Shown here one piece after another: positions 27,174 through 41,599 of a DNA stretch of 64,000 nucleotides. The stretch lies in the NCBI RefSeq assembly GCF_006345805.1, contig NC_043006.1, forward strand, positions 9,238,001-9,302,000, given 5' to 3'. The stretch is from Octopus sinensis. Taxonomy: Eukaryota. Under the pieces are notes generated by a model that saw nothing but the letters and a program-made list of their open reading frames with translations, searched no databases and was not told the DNA's origin. Numbering within the stretch: the stretch's first letter is position 1; the number at the start of each line of letters is the position of its first letter. Position numbers and translations under genes: made by a program.

Positions 27174-27417
27174 CAAAAAGGAGATCTCACGGAGAGTAAG
27201 GGCCGGATGGAAGGCGTTCAATAGCATAAGGGATGTGCTCAAGGGAAGGTTGGACAGGACCACCCGGAAGACCTCTACGACGGTGGAGTGACGATTTCAA
27301 GAGGACGATTGGGATCACGTGGATGAGAAAGGCGCGATCCAGAGAGGAGTGGACAGCGTGCTGTGACCAGCGGTGTCAAATGGACGCCTGACGGACTGGT
27401 CGGTCAAAGTGATCAAA

Positions 27418-27421
<4 letters not shown>
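27174..27421 (+). mobile_element. RTE-clade LINE 3' fragment with an internal deletion
   Basis: KEISRRVRAGWKAFNSIRDVLKG joined to RWSDDFKRTIGITWMRKARSREEW; short repeated tail (CAAAGTGAT)x2. Confidence 0.8.
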
Positions 27422-27499
<78 letters not shown>

Positions 27500-28371
27500 A
27501 AAGAGTGTGTGTGTATGTGCGTATGTGCGCGGTTGTTTAAATGTTAGCATCAGCTTCCTTAGAATTGTAATGATCATATTTGTGACATGGCCACTTCATC
27601 TTCAAAATATTGGTATATTAAGTTTAAGAGAAACTGACTGACAGCAGTGAACGTTATTATTTAGGATTTGCAGAGATACCATTTATTAACCTGGACATAC
27701 CACCCACGTGTCTGTTTAGGCTTTGGGATTCAAGAAAATACAATTGTTCTTTCACAACATGTCAAGAGATTAATAGATGAAGTTGCCACACATCTTAAGA
27801 TATTGCGGTTATCGATAATATATGGAAAAATCTCTTGTTTATTACCTGGATATTCTTGCTTGCCAGTCTGTTTTATAGTCTTTGTAATGGTATTTCGTCT
27901 TGAATTATATAAGTCAACTTATTTCCAAATATCTTCGAAAAAGAAGTTAATTCGTGGAAGATTAAATGTGGATATAAAGTAAATATACTCTAGTAATTTA
28001 GACGTAATATCTTTCAAAATTCTTCAATCGATTGGAGTTGTTCCTGAAAGTGTTTCAAGTACCCTAAATATATTCAGAATTCTTCTTTCTAATTTGCAAT
28101 ATCAATGGAAATATATTTTGAATGAAATGCGTATGATGTTACTAATAAGTAAACTTGATTTTTTCATATTAAAGAAAATAATTTGCGCTTGCTTTTATCT
28201 ATTAAAAGTTTTACACTTTTCATCGATGTTACAATATTTATAGAAATCTCTTCAACTCATTATTGTGTAAAATCTCCTTTATATTATTTCTATTTGCTCT
28301 CATATTTTTTTCATTCTGTTTCAATACTTACACGTACCTTCACGCATACACACAGACACACACACGAACGC

Positions 28372-28408
<37 letters not shown>

Positions 28409-28499
28409 TATATAACTTTTCTTTTTCTTTGGTCAATAAGTATTATTTCTTATTTGCTCCTATTTAGAAATCATACGAATTAACTACTATTCCATTCTA

Positions 28500-28645
28500 A
28501 CTTTGCTTTTGAGATCTAGACATCATCTTTACCTTTCACTCTTTCGGGATTGATATATTAAGTATCAGTTACGTACTGGTGTCGATCTAATCGACGCCCC
28601 CCCCTCCCCAAACATTTTGGGCCTTGTGCTTAGGGTAGAAAAGTA
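28500..28645 (+). mobile_element. SINE family B 3' fragment
   Basis: CTTTCGGGATTGAT...AAGTATCAGTTACGTACTGG...GCCTTGTGCTTAGGGTAGAAAAG. Confidence 0.75.
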
Positions 28646-29864
28646 TATTTGAATTAATAGTCCGAAAGTATATAATCTCAATGTCATCGCTTCTCGAATA
28701 TTTAAACATTTTAAAAAACCTTTCTATTAGAACACATATACCACTTGAAACAAGCCAAATCAGACCGCTAAAGAGCTAGAAAAATTTGTTCACAATTGTA
28801 CATTCCTAGTTTATGTAACTTTTACAGTAGGAAAATAACGCTTTCAAAACAAGCTCTATTTTGTGTGGCTGTTTATCAAACACTCCCAACTCATCCTAGT
28901 AATAGTTTAAAGGATTTCACCCATATAACGTACACAAGTTATGTAAACGAATAGGTTTTGGGTACAAATCTATTACTACTTAGTTTAATTCTCAATTGAC
29001 AAGCACAAGCTATTTTAAAAAGTTGCAACAAAGATAGTTTCCCCATTGTCCCAGAGGAAATTTATGTCGATAAACTATGCGATATAACCGTCAATGCATC
29101 TTTCAGAGTACGGGACTGATATTATTACGACTCTTGCGTAATTTCCCCAACGCTTGTTTGCGAAAGAAATTATTTGATTCCATCTTTATTCCCTTTACTG
29201 TTGGCAAAAGGTTTACCAAAAATTTCACTTTTACTCTTGATATTTTCTCATTTCTAAAAGATTTAAAAGGAAAATTGGATCTGTAATTTCGGTTTTAGTT
29301 CTTATGCAATCAACAGAGAATTTATGAAATCACGAGAAATTCTTTAATTTCGTATTTACCTCAAGTTAAAATGGGAAATAAATTTAAAAGAAATGATGGC
29401 AAAAAACATATTTCCAATTAAGTAAATAAGAAGCAAATTGAAAATATCATGTTACTGAAATACAACATAAAACTTCAGGCATCTTCAATTTGTTCCTGAA
29501 ATAAATGTATCTTTTACCAAAAAGACACAAAGGAAATATTTAATAGACGAAAACATGAAATAGGAATTGGATTTGTTTCTTTCACGTTTTATCTTAGTTA
29601 CCATAATTCTCTGAGAAGCACGATATCAAATAGAAACTTAAATATCTTATGGTGTGGTACAAAAATGGAACGCAGCAAGAATGTTAGACATCTTTTTTCT
29701 ACTCCTTAACATTTTGATAAACTCATGCAACACTAAGGCAATCTGAAGAAGAAGGTATGCACATCGAATAAATATAGCAACAATTAACGTGTAGGTACAA
29801 TATAGATCTCGAAAACCTTGAATAAGCGCGTTACTTCTATGTTACTGGACTACTAAGTAAATCT

Positions 29865-30430
29865 TCGCATAAAAGAAATCTTCGCAAACTCTTCGCATAT
29901 AAATTTTTCTTCACACTTAACAACCTTCTGCCTCCCACCCTCTCTCTTCATCGTCACCACCTCCCTCATACCCCACCTACACATTCCAACCCCACCATCC
30001 CTATACATCCTATCCCACCCCACCCATTCCTTACAGCCCACCTTGCTTCCCACACTATCGTATCCCCAACACACTACACCACCACACCACACCGCATCAT
30101 ACCACCCCGCACACACTAGAACTAACCACTTCAAGCACCTACACCATCATACACACCTACACATGCCGACACGCACACGTCAAGGACACCAGCTCCCCCT
30201 TCTACTCGCATGTACACGTTCTCACATACACACGCACTCGCACCTTCGTTTTGATATCACCACGACTTTATTATCTCCCCTTCTTCCTATTTCTCCTGTG
30301 TGATCCCTCTGTCCGGCATTCGCCATGATAGATCGCTAGCCACTAAACCATTAAAAAAAATTTTCTCTCACATTATTTCTGTGTTCCTTTCTATCGAAGA
30401 GCGTACGCTCGAAACGTAAAAGACTTTCTG
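29865..30430 (+). mobile_element. Non-coding repeat with a C-rich tract, ending in a hammerhead-like motif (PLE-related)
   Basis: CTTT-CTATCGAA-GAGC GTAC GCTC-GAAAC-GTA-AAAG at 30387-30422. Confidence 0.45.
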
Positions 30431-30431
30431 A

Positions 30432-30509
30432 TAATCAAGTTGTGATAGAATGGGAAACGTATTTCTAATCAAGTTGTGATCGAACGGGGAAAAGTATTTC
30501 TAATCAAGT
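30432..30509. repeat. 34-35-bp tandem repeat, about 2.3 copies
   Basis: TAATCAAGT starts at 30432, 30466 and 30501. Confidence 0.85.
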
Positions 30510-30669
30510 CGCTCAGATTCTCGACATATGGACTTACTTAAATCATAATGCCTCATCCTAATGAAACGGACGCAATATAATCATAGATATACGACGAATG
30601 TTATAATGCTGACACGGAGGGGTACCGTCAACCGTCATCGACTCTTTAGTTAATAATATTGACGTCTGA

Positions 30670-30846
30670 CAAAATGCTTAGTTGCATTTCGTAAATCTTT
30701 TCTTTGTGGTTTTAAATTCTGCTGATTCGATTTTGTCTGTTATCCTTTCGGGGTCGATAAATTGAGTACCAGTTACGCACTAATGTCGATTTCATCGATT
30801 AGCCCTTTCTCTCAATTTTCAGGCCTTGTTCCTTTAGTGGCAAGGA
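30670..30846 (+). mobile_element. SINE family B fragment, diverged
   Basis: CCTTTCGGGGTCGATAAATTGAGTACCAGTTACGCAC. Confidence 0.8.
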
Positions 30847-31847
30847 TTATGTATCTGTGCGATGATTTCAAATATTTCTGATGTGAAATTTATCTTTCGT
30901 ACTTTCGTGGTCGATGAATAATGTTCCACTCAAGTAGAGAGGTAAATTCTTCATGAATTCTCTTTCTCTCCTATCCACTTTTACTTCTGGTCTTTAACAT
31001 TTTTACTCAAAAAGATGTCGGCTTAGTTTTCACCTGGGAAAGGATAAGCCCCTCCAGGTTTAAAATCCTTAGTCACACACTATTTGAAAAATACCTACGA
31101 GATAAATTTTCGCTGAGTTCCCCATGATCAATCGTTACCACACATGCATAAATACACATATACATATATAAGAAAATTATTTGTTGATTCATTTCTGCAG
31201 CAGTGTACATTTCCCCAAGACGCCGCTCAGTGGATTTCATGACGAACCCAAATGTTTGAGAAGCGAACTATTTGTAATGTAAACACATTTAGCATCAGTT
31301 GTATCGTCTGAATTAATATAAATCAGGTGTTGATAAAGTACGAACCACTTACGTGTTTCCTTGTGCATCAAGCTCACACTGAATTCAACCAATTGCTTCT
31401 CCGATAACCTAATATCATACTATAATACCTAATTCTCAAATGCAGGTGTAGCACTTAGGTTATGTTATAAACGAATTAATATTTTCTTCCTAATATTAAG
31501 AGATTCGACATTCTTCAACGCAGTGCATTTATTTGGTTAACTACTCACTATCTTTATTTGGTTCAGTGGGCGGAAATGTCAAATTCGTTCTGTTATTAAG
31601 AATATCAGAAATAGCTTCTGTTTCTGAAAGTCTAGAAGCAGGTCGTTGCATGATTGTCTACTGACATATCAATGAATTTATTCCTTAGACAAGTTTTTTA
31701 CTTTTATATGATATATGATATATATATATATATATATATATATCAATTAATCAATTTAGGGTAGCAAAAAATTCAGTAAAAATTTATCGCTACCAGCGGC
31801 CTGATGGAAAAGAGAAAATAGTCAAAGACTAAATATGTATAAATATA

Positions 31848-31957
31848 ACAATTTAGGAATGGCCTAAACAGGCCATTCGTCCACCAGAAAGAGCAGCCAG
31901 AGTTGGAGTTCTGGCTGCTCTTCTGGTGGACGAATGGCCTGTTTAGGCCATTCCTAA

Positions 31958-31962
<5 letters not shown>
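31848..31962. repeat. Near-perfect fold-back palindrome (54/53-bp arms, 8-nt loop) abutting (TA)n
   Basis: ACAATTTAGGAATGGCC...GCAGCCAGA pairs with TCTGGCTGC...GGCCATTCCTAAATTGT, one indel. Confidence 0.95.
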
Positions 31963-32013
<51 letters not shown>

Positions 32014-32189
32014 GATGGTTGAAATGTCGCCTGTATGTATGTATATAATCTTAAACAATTCTTTCTCAATGTTATTGTCTAATCCTTGTCCTTAATTTTA
32101 AGTTGTTACAAGTTTTACACAGATACACGTAAAACCAGGAAGAAATAAAGAAACAGCGCATTTTGTCCGACACATTAATGTTCCCGTCA

Positions 32190-32317
32190 GCACCACAACT
32201 ACCACCACCACCACCACCACCACCACTACCACTACTAATGTTGCTACTGCTGCTACTGCTGCCACAGCTATTACTACTGCTGTTGTTACTACTACTACTA
32301 CGACTACTACTACTACT

Positions 32318-32410
<93 letters not shown>

Positions 32411-32435
32411 AAGAAGAAGAAGAAGAAGAAGAAGA
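32190..32435. repeat. Compound microsatellite (CCA)n-(CTA/CTG)n-(TAA)n-(GAA)n
   Basis: Direct reading; source of the poly-P/L/I/R ORF. Confidence 0.97.
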
Positions 32436-35400
32436 TATGTTGAAGTTCAGCGCCAATCTTTCACTTCAATTATTGCACGTATAACCTGGTTTGGACGAGT
32501 CAGTACTAGGTATGGGTTGCATAACAACGACTCTTTTGAAGGCAAAATATAGATGATCAACATTCAACATTGTCATAGTTGCAAATGGAAAAAAAAATCC
32601 ACTTAACACTCGAGATGTAAATAAGTCGGTCAAGAAGACTTGACCGGATATGAAGAATCGATTGTTATGTCGATATCATGGTAAGTTTCTTGGAAGTTTG
32701 CAGTGCAGAAGGAGTGTTTACCTCGGGTTTCTAAAGTCATAAATACCTAGAGACGTCGTTAATGATGTCTGCCTCCTCGGAACAAACGTATATCGACAAC
32801 ACAGTTATATATCTATTATTTTGCAGTGATGCAAAGCACGTAAACCAATGAACAGCGGGCCACAGGTTGTCAATTATATTATGTCACATATATTTTAGGA
32901 ATCGTTCAAAGCTTGGTTGGTTCTAAATTTCATCTTTTATTTTAATTCATTTTATTTTTTTGATCTTCGCTTCTGATGTTGTATTTAACTCCTGTCAACC
33001 TCAATCAACCTCTTCTAAAAAAAAATATACTATTCTAGCAGTTAACATTCTTACTTTTTCATTTTTCTATTTTTCATTCAAGTGTATTCTGCTTAGAAAA
33101 TGTGATTTTTTCCCCGGAGACGGCCAAAGTGATTTGAACGCTTCTTGGGTATTATTTTTAAAAGTGTATATCAAAGACGCTGTATCGTTCCGTTTCCAAG
33201 ATGGTTGGGGAAGAGTTTATTCGAAGGATATCTGTCTGCCCTGTCTAGCAGCCACCGTCCATCCATTAAATGTCGAAATGAGAATCAAATATACGTATAT
33301 ACCAAGGGTTACTGACTCTTCTGATATTTCAGGGAACATAAATAAGAGAATGATGTATTGTTTACGTCAGGAGAACAATTAAAGCTTCAGATAAGTTGCC
33401 GCAGAGTGGGGGTAGCCTATCGTTGGAGGAGACAACCGAATTAAAATTATTTCCTTTCACAACAAATAATACTGTCACGAAACGTTAGTGTTGAGATTGA
33501 TTGTTATACATTTCGTTTTCATTTGTAAAACTTCATTTGAAAACAATTGATATTTTGCAGCCATGACAGATATCTGCAGACAAAACAAGAAAGTTAATGA
33601 GAGAGATCAGAGTGAGAAAGAGCGAGAGAAAAGACATACAGAAGGAGAAATCGAAATAGAGAGAGAGAGAGAGAAGGAATACTATATATAAGGAAGTGAC
33701 GGTATGTCTGTGGTATCTACATCTATTGTGTATAAGTAATAAACAGTTATACAGTCGTGATACATTGATAACAATTGTCAGCCAAACAGTTATCTTTTTA
33801 ACAATATTGACACCACTTTTCTTTAACTTGTTGTGGATATTTTTCTTCTGTTTATTGTGCGTTTGTTTTTTTTATATGATTGTTTTGCCGTGGAACAACA
33901 CATTTCAGCAATTTTTCATTGTTGCTATTAAATAAACTTTTGTCTTTACAGTGAAATAACTCCTAAAAGATAACATTTGTTACAAGGAAGAAGACTAGTT
34001 GAACAAACACGGACATTTCTGCAGAATTAACTTCGATAGAAAACAGCATTTAATGTCAAAGTGTTAGAATTTTATCATTTTATCATGAACTGGTTTATAA
34101 CTATAGTCACACAGTCAGATGTGAAAAGAAAGAAAAAATATAACAAAAAAGAGAAGAAATATCAGATTCCAAAATAAATACAAAGACTGCGTTGGGAAAA
34201 ATAATTCCAATAAAAAAAATGAATGACCTTGTGCAACATCGAAGTTTTTTTGAAAATTATTGATTGATAAATATGTAAAAAAGAAATTAAACATAGAAAT
34301 TAAAATACAAAGAAAAGAACATAAAAATAAATAATAAAAAGACGATAAAGTGCTAAAATTCCTTTCTGATATTCCACCACCACACATTTTCTGTAACCAT
34401 TCTCATTTATAGTCGTCTAAGAATTCGACGTATTGCATATCTTTCGAGTTGATCCTATACCCTTACCCTGAAGGCAGTGTTTTAAATATAAAATAACGTG
34501 GTGTACGTCATTTCAAGAGTTCATATGCGTCAGCTTTCTTTTACGTTCTCTATTGAACGGGTTTATTTGTTAGACTGGCTACAGTGGCCCTAACACTAAA
34601 TATATTGATCTGCAGTGAATAAAGCCGCGATTTAATTGCTGAAAGACAAAGTTACAGAAAAAATAAGAAATCACAATTAAGATTTTAATTAGGGAATGAG
34701 AATAGGAAAATGTGACATTTTCTTTCTTGCCAGAGGCATTAACGTCACATGTCAAGTGAAAAGGCGTCAAGAAGGATTCTATTCACAGATGATACATCGG
34801 GTCGTTAAGTATTTAATTTTATTCTATTTTAGTTTTCACCGATAAGATATTGATCTAAGAGGTAACAGTAATTTATTTTCGAAACAGGGCTTAATTAGGC
34901 AAACTTTACTGAGATAGAACTCATTAAATGCCGAACTTTGAGCAGAAGTACTGAAATACATAAAAGAATTACATTGATGAAAATATACCTGCTTTTATAA
35001 TAACAACTTCATCAAACCACAATTACTTAAGCTCAGATAACAATGAAGTTGGTTAGATTATAGTTATTGTAATGTAAACAAAGAAGATTTACAAAACAAA
35101 GGACTATTACCTTTAAGGCTTATTATACCGGCTGTTGATTAACGACTTCATTTTTGTTTGTTCTTTTGTTCTCCCTCCTTGCAGTCTATTTCAACGTACT
35201 TCCTTGCAAATACTTCAGTTACACATACATATATACATACATATATACATACGTACGTAGGTGCGTATGTATGTCTGCATGTATATATATATCAATTTCT
35301 TCACTATATTACTATATTATATCAATAGTATGATATCGCAATTTATTGGTCGAACGAGAAAATAATCACGTGGAGGAAAGGATGTCCAACTATGTCGAAG

Positions 35401-35542
35401 ATAATATCTACTAAAAGTAGATTCAGTAACTATTCAGTTATTATTGAACATACTAAATTAGGTCTCAATGGTTCCTTACAAACTGTATAGATCTCAAGTA
35501 CATGGATGATTTAATAACAAATCTTCATATTTTTTTTTTTGG

Positions 35543-35750
35543 TACTTGTTTCAGTCATTTGACTGCGGCCATACTGGAGCACTGCCTTTTAGAGTGGTGA
35601 AAGAGTACAGCAGGGATCACCACCTCCTGCCGGAGCCTCGTGGAGCTTTTAGGTGTTTTTTTCGCTCAATAAACACACACAACGCCCGGTCTGGGAATCG
35701 AAACCGCGATCCTCCGACCGCAAGTCCGCTGCCCTAACCACTAGGCCATC
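35543..35750 (-). mobile_element. Short tRNA-derived SINE (family C) sharing its 3' tail with family A
   Basis: Head GGCCTAGTGGTTAGGGCAGCGG...GGTTTCGATTCCC; tail CCAGTATGGCCGCAGTCAAATGACTGAAACAAGTA as at 47866-47900. Confidence 0.85.
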
Positions 35751-36920
35751 TTTGATTTCCAGAAATATTTATGTAAGTGTTGAAGACTATAATTTTCAAG
35801 CGTTAAAACAAATCGAGATAAGAAAGACGATGTTAATTACAAAACAAAAAAAATTGAAAATAAAAAAAAAACAACGATACCGGGAACATTATTGGGATAA
35901 TTATCAAAGGGATTTTGCTACTGAGCACCAGGTGAAGATCCTGGATATAGATGTAGGGCAGCATCGCAAAAAATTTGATACATCAATTGCGTTGTGAATA
36001 GATGGTAAATAATATTTCAGATAACGACATAAAAGTCAATTATGAAATTAATGCCCATCATATGAATATCACAAGAAGGCATTTTATTTCTACCATTTCT
36101 CAGCCTGGCGTTAATTATTCTAATCTAATCTACAACAGGACTCAGCTATAAGGTGCGACGAATTAATTTGAATGTGTATAGAGATGTTACCAAGTTCTAG
36201 GTTGTAGTTAATAAACGTTAGACATGCTACAGCGAATGACAAAGAAATTTATATTATTTCTTAAAGATCCCCATACTTGGTAAGAAATGTTCTGTTGATT
36301 CAAGTTCAGCCTGTGAGAAACAGGCCAAAACAAAATATTTATAAGTGGATACCACTATTATATTTAACTTCCGGAGATAAGAATGAAATATAAAAGAAAC
36401 TAAAGAAAATCAGAACCAAATATAGAGCTGACAGAAAATTTTTAACCAAGAAATAAAGATTAAGAAAACTTATTCCGAAAAACTCAGAACTCTGAAAGAA
36501 AACAACAACAGAAATCAACAACATGAAAACACTTTTAATATAAATATATTTGTATTTTACAACAACATTGAAAGAGGTTATATTTTCTTTGTCCACTGGA
36601 AGCCCAAAATTGAATTTAGCGAAATATATACAAAATGAAAGAATATAACGCGTAAAAAATTCAGGAGGAAACTATACGTTTTCATTTTCCCATACATCAC
36701 GTTACTTACTACATTATTTTCATTGGAAATCTTTATAATTTACAACAAATAGGTTCAAATAAATTGTAGAGACATCTTTTCTTACGTGAAGTTTTAGATT
36801 TATAATGTAAAACAACGCACGATTTCTAAATCTGTAGTAGAATATGCATGCATATATATACCTATATACATATATATATATGTATATATACATACATACC
36901 CACACCCACACACACCCACC

Positions 36921-36977
<57 letters not shown>

Positions 36978-37042
36978 CAAACTAATACATCTGCTGTTTT
37001 TACACCTGTTTCGACTTTTGCTTTTCTGTAAAGTTCGATTTT

Positions 37043-37114
<72 letters not shown>

Positions 37115-37329
37115 CGCAGTGTAACGGATATGCGTATAATATGGTCATACCCACCTAAATCTACATATTTAATTGATTCTATCAAACAGGGATATTTTGA
37201 TCCATCAAAGTAGGCCCTAATTATAAAAGCCAATAATAAAAGCCAAATTTTCCTCAAATTACCTTATACATAAGCTGACATGGTAATAGGATGGATAATA
37301 TATTTTCTAGACACACTATCACTGAAACA

Positions 37330-37560
37330 AATCCAGGATGGCCATGTCCGGGTACCTGTAATCATAATACTTTAACTTTGGAGCTAATCGAGACAGAGCA
37401 ATCGTAAACCCCTATCATTAGATGAATGGAAACTAAAGCTGGATCCCTTGATTGATCGGAACTCATAATATGAAGGTATAAAACTAATTAAGTATAGCAT
37501 TGATCCGGTGTTCCAAGAGATTCGCATCTTCTCTAATACGTCTAAGCCGAAAGATATTAT
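37330..37560 (-). pseudogene. Very decayed CR1/L2-like RT fragment
   Basis: Remnant of the GVPQGS region (GAGTTCC...CAAGGGATCC) followed by ISSKVK. Confidence 0.25.
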
Positions 37561-40541
37561 AAATATAAATGTTTAAATGCATTGTAATAACGTTATATCT
37601 TCCAGACGAAGTGTCCATTATACTACAATCTTCCGAGTTTCTATTCAAAGAGTTATTAAAGATACATCAATGCTAATGTTAGTGAAGGATGAATTTATTC
37701 AATATTTCAGCTTCTGTAAACCTTCTCTACTTATCACTTCTTGTCTCTCAATAATTAATTCCGTGTCTGATGTATCTGATATATCTATATATAAAGACGG
37801 TCAGTCGTATAGGTCTCTATAATATGTAATTATATTTTGAAAACTCATAAGAACTTCTTATCAAATGTATTAACATACGTCGCCCAACATACGATACACT
37901 TCCAAATTGATCAGTAATTCAGATGCATTTAATTCTATTATTACCTACTTAAATTAATACTGTATTTAACACAAATGTTTAAATGCATGAGTTTTATAAA
38001 GCTAAGTTTTGATTTGTTAAAGTTAATGAACTTTTGTAATGGTTCAAATACAAACTAGTCTACCAGGCAGAAATCATGTATCTCGTCCAAGTATTTCCTG
38101 TGAATATTTTGCTGAAGATTTCCTTAGTAAGTTAGCGCTTGAAAATTGTAGGAAAAATGAACTAAGTGTTATATGTTTATAACTATTTAGATTAAACCAT
38201 TTGCAAATGTATCCATTTTACCTAGAGTAGAATACAGTATAGTGAGACAAGTTATAGGTAGTAAATCAATCTTGTTAATCTGGTTGTAAGAGCAGTACTT
38301 GACAGCAAGAGTAGTGTGGCAAGTTGGACATTCAACTAAATTTTGTTCATATTTCTTTTGATATGCTATGGTGCATCTTCAAATGTAACCTTTAAGGCAT
38401 ATCTATATATGAGGAAGTGTTCAACCTCATCATGTAAAGGTAGTTTTGTTATGTTTACATTCATCATTCATGCAAACAAATACAAAAAAACGCACACATA
38501 CACACACATATACACAAACATACATATACATATATAACTGAAGTATATAGCTTCTTTGCCAGGAGTACATTACTGCGTATTTAACCAGTTTTGTATCCAT
38601 TCCCACACATTTACACTCTAAATTTATATATCGTAATTTGCATAATTATTCAGTTACCTTCTAATAAATATTACTTCTGTCAATTCAATACCATATGTTA
38701 TACGTTTGTGAAAGATTTTGAGAACATGTCAAACACTTGTATATTTTGGTCATTGTTGCGCTTTTCCGGTGATACAAATGTCAGAAATCGTCTCCAACTT
38801 TTAGTAATATACATGAATTACGTATAGCATCGTTTGGTTATTTCTAGGCTAGAGATAGTCGGGCACCATCAAATTTCATATCTTATTTGTGGTCTTGATG
38901 AGTGTTAGTTTCAGACACAGTGCATCTAGGACAAAGTTATCATAATTACCACACATTGTTGGATCTGTATTACAATATTCTTATGTCATTGTCAACTGTG
39001 AAGGCGATACCTTATAAGGTTTAAATCTCTATAAATAACAGCCCCCCTCTGTTGTGAACCACACTAAAATCTGTATTATACTGAAGGACCTATTGGATTA
39101 TGTAATTCGAGAACCACTATTAATAAATGAAGCAAAAGGGAAATTAGCTTCTTTTCCCAGTGAGACAGCATGCGATGCTGGCGCACAACTTAAATGATCA
39201 AGGCTGAAATGGCTTTCAAAATTGTTTTGCTGAATTAGATTTTATCTGTAGCTAAGCATCACCGCCAACATCATAAATATCTTGAACAACAACAAACACT
39301 AATGTCGAAAGCCACATAGAAACGCCCTTGTTTGAGCACTAATAACATATTGATTTCGGATACTACATCTAAGGTGGTGCTATCAGTAAAAAAATGGAAG
39401 ATTGTTATGTTGACTTCCGTGACAGAATGTAATCTTGTAATTTTATAAAGATTTTCTTCTGTTTTACTTGATTTCAATGGCTTAGTCGCTTTTTGAAGAA
39501 ACTTCAATGAACACAAGACGAAAAGGGGGACGCGACATGGCCGATTGATCTTCAGGTAATAGCAGCTAAATCTCTCTCGTCACACACTACTATATATGTA
39601 AAGTTGGGTAGGTTGAATAATAAGTCATAGAACCCCATAAGAATAAGAGAATGGGAAACTGACATAAGGGGACTGGCTTTGATTATCGATCTACTTGATC
39701 AATGGTAACTTTCGATTACCTCCAATATCATCAAGCATTGAACTGAATAACACAAGTCATAGAATGCTAAATCTTTACATGAAGCAATTTGGACCCGCAA
39801 ACAGGAAAATCCGTCACCATTTGTTACGCAGTTGAACATTTTACCTGTTTCAAACCTCTTAATTATCTTCACAATAAAATTTTGCGATGCTCTGCCACGA
39901 TGTTTTTTTTTTTTTTCCATTTTCATATGAAATGCTCTTGTAAAAGCTACAAAATTAATTGATAAAACGATATTTCCCGCTGAAAAGGTTTCAAGGAAAC
40001 ATGTCAGGCATGCATATTATCCGGTAACAAGATCAGATACGATAGTTCGGTCATCCGGTTCCATTGAAATGCAAAGATATCTCTTAGCAAATATTTGATG
40101 GCGAGATAGAACAAGGGTATCAAACGGTCAACATCCTTAACAGTGTTATAAAATGCATTTCAATGCCATTATAAAATCCTTGAATTATACAGTACATTAA
40201 GAAAATGTTTCCAAGGGAAGGTCATCTTAAATCGATGTAATTAACAGAGACTATATTATTACTGAAGCGATTCACTGCAATTAAATCTTTACATGATCAA
40301 AATCAAACACGCCACTAAAGAAACTTTATGAAAAAAGGTGTTTGTCGACAATACTGAATGAAATTTTCGTGTGCTCTATAATGCGCAACTTACTACATTA
40401 TATTCATGAGAACTTGCCGTATGCGTACTCAGTACACATAATCTACACTGTGATATTTCCCGGCGGTTATATAGAAAATGTGCAGTGTTCACTAGCTGCA
40501 TGCGTTCTTTCTCTAAATATACTCTCCCCTCTACCACACAC

Positions 40542-40638
<97 letters not shown>

Positions 40639-41495
40639 ATATGAGGGTGAGAAAATTGGATATTAATTTGATAACATCAATTTAACACCAGTGGTTTAGT
40701 GCATAAAAAAACGAGATTCAGTAAATATTATTAATCATATATATATATATATATATCAGGCCTGTGAAATATAAGCAGTCTCTGAGTCTAAGAGCTATAT
40801 GCATATACATCGGAGAACGGCACGTTACTGTAGTGCTTAACCAAAGATAGCACCTCTTATGGAATTACTTTGCTTAAAAAAGACTTTATGTCGAAGGGAA
40901 AAGAAAATCGCTGCAGCTGTGGCACGCGAGAAGGCCAAATGCCTGTCGCCCTAGTTGAGTTATATCAAAACGTGTACGCACAGCCAGTCACATGGTTAGA
41001 TGAGATTTATCACCTCCGATATACAGGAGACAGTAAGTAACACATTTGTAGATTTTCTAAATAGTGTTGTGTCTGAATAAAAATAGAATATAAGTAACCG
41101 AATCAAATTAGATGAAAATAATTGTCTTCGCGTCTTACTTAATGTAAATATATAGTTGAAAGGCAAAGAAATGTTCTAAAATATACTTCCAGTTATCTAA
41201 GCTATTCCGTACTGAATCTTTTTAAAATTTGTGAATTTTAAAATATTACAAAGGGTGCAACAGTACATTTTATCAAATATACATAGCTTATACCTACGGA
41301 AATAATACGTACGGTCCACGCCAAATCTATAGGCAGCAAAAATAATTTCCCCCTGGACATCGTAGTGCCACTTTTAATTTTATAAGTGTTAAACTGCTAC
41401 TTATTTTCTTTACGAATCCAGGTTGGTTTTCATTTTTATCCACATGATTTTTTCTCCTCCCAGTTTCCTTTCTCTTACCCTCCTGTTTGTTTGTT

Positions 41496-41572
<77 letters not shown>

Positions 41573-41599
41573 CTGATATACGAACATATCGTATATATA

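Noticed and set aside
31349-31405. LSEKQLVEFS resembling the papain/cathepsin LSEQQLVDCS motif
   Set aside because: Short, lacks the Cys, has a weak acceptor, and no other protease exons were found
32960-33382. 140-aa ORF
   Set aside because: No recognisable domain; AT-rich, low-complexity start; no clear splice support
35680-35750. tRNA gene (also the head at 50275-50345)
   Set aside because: tRNA-derived SINE heads: no complete acceptor stem, and they continue into SINE bodies
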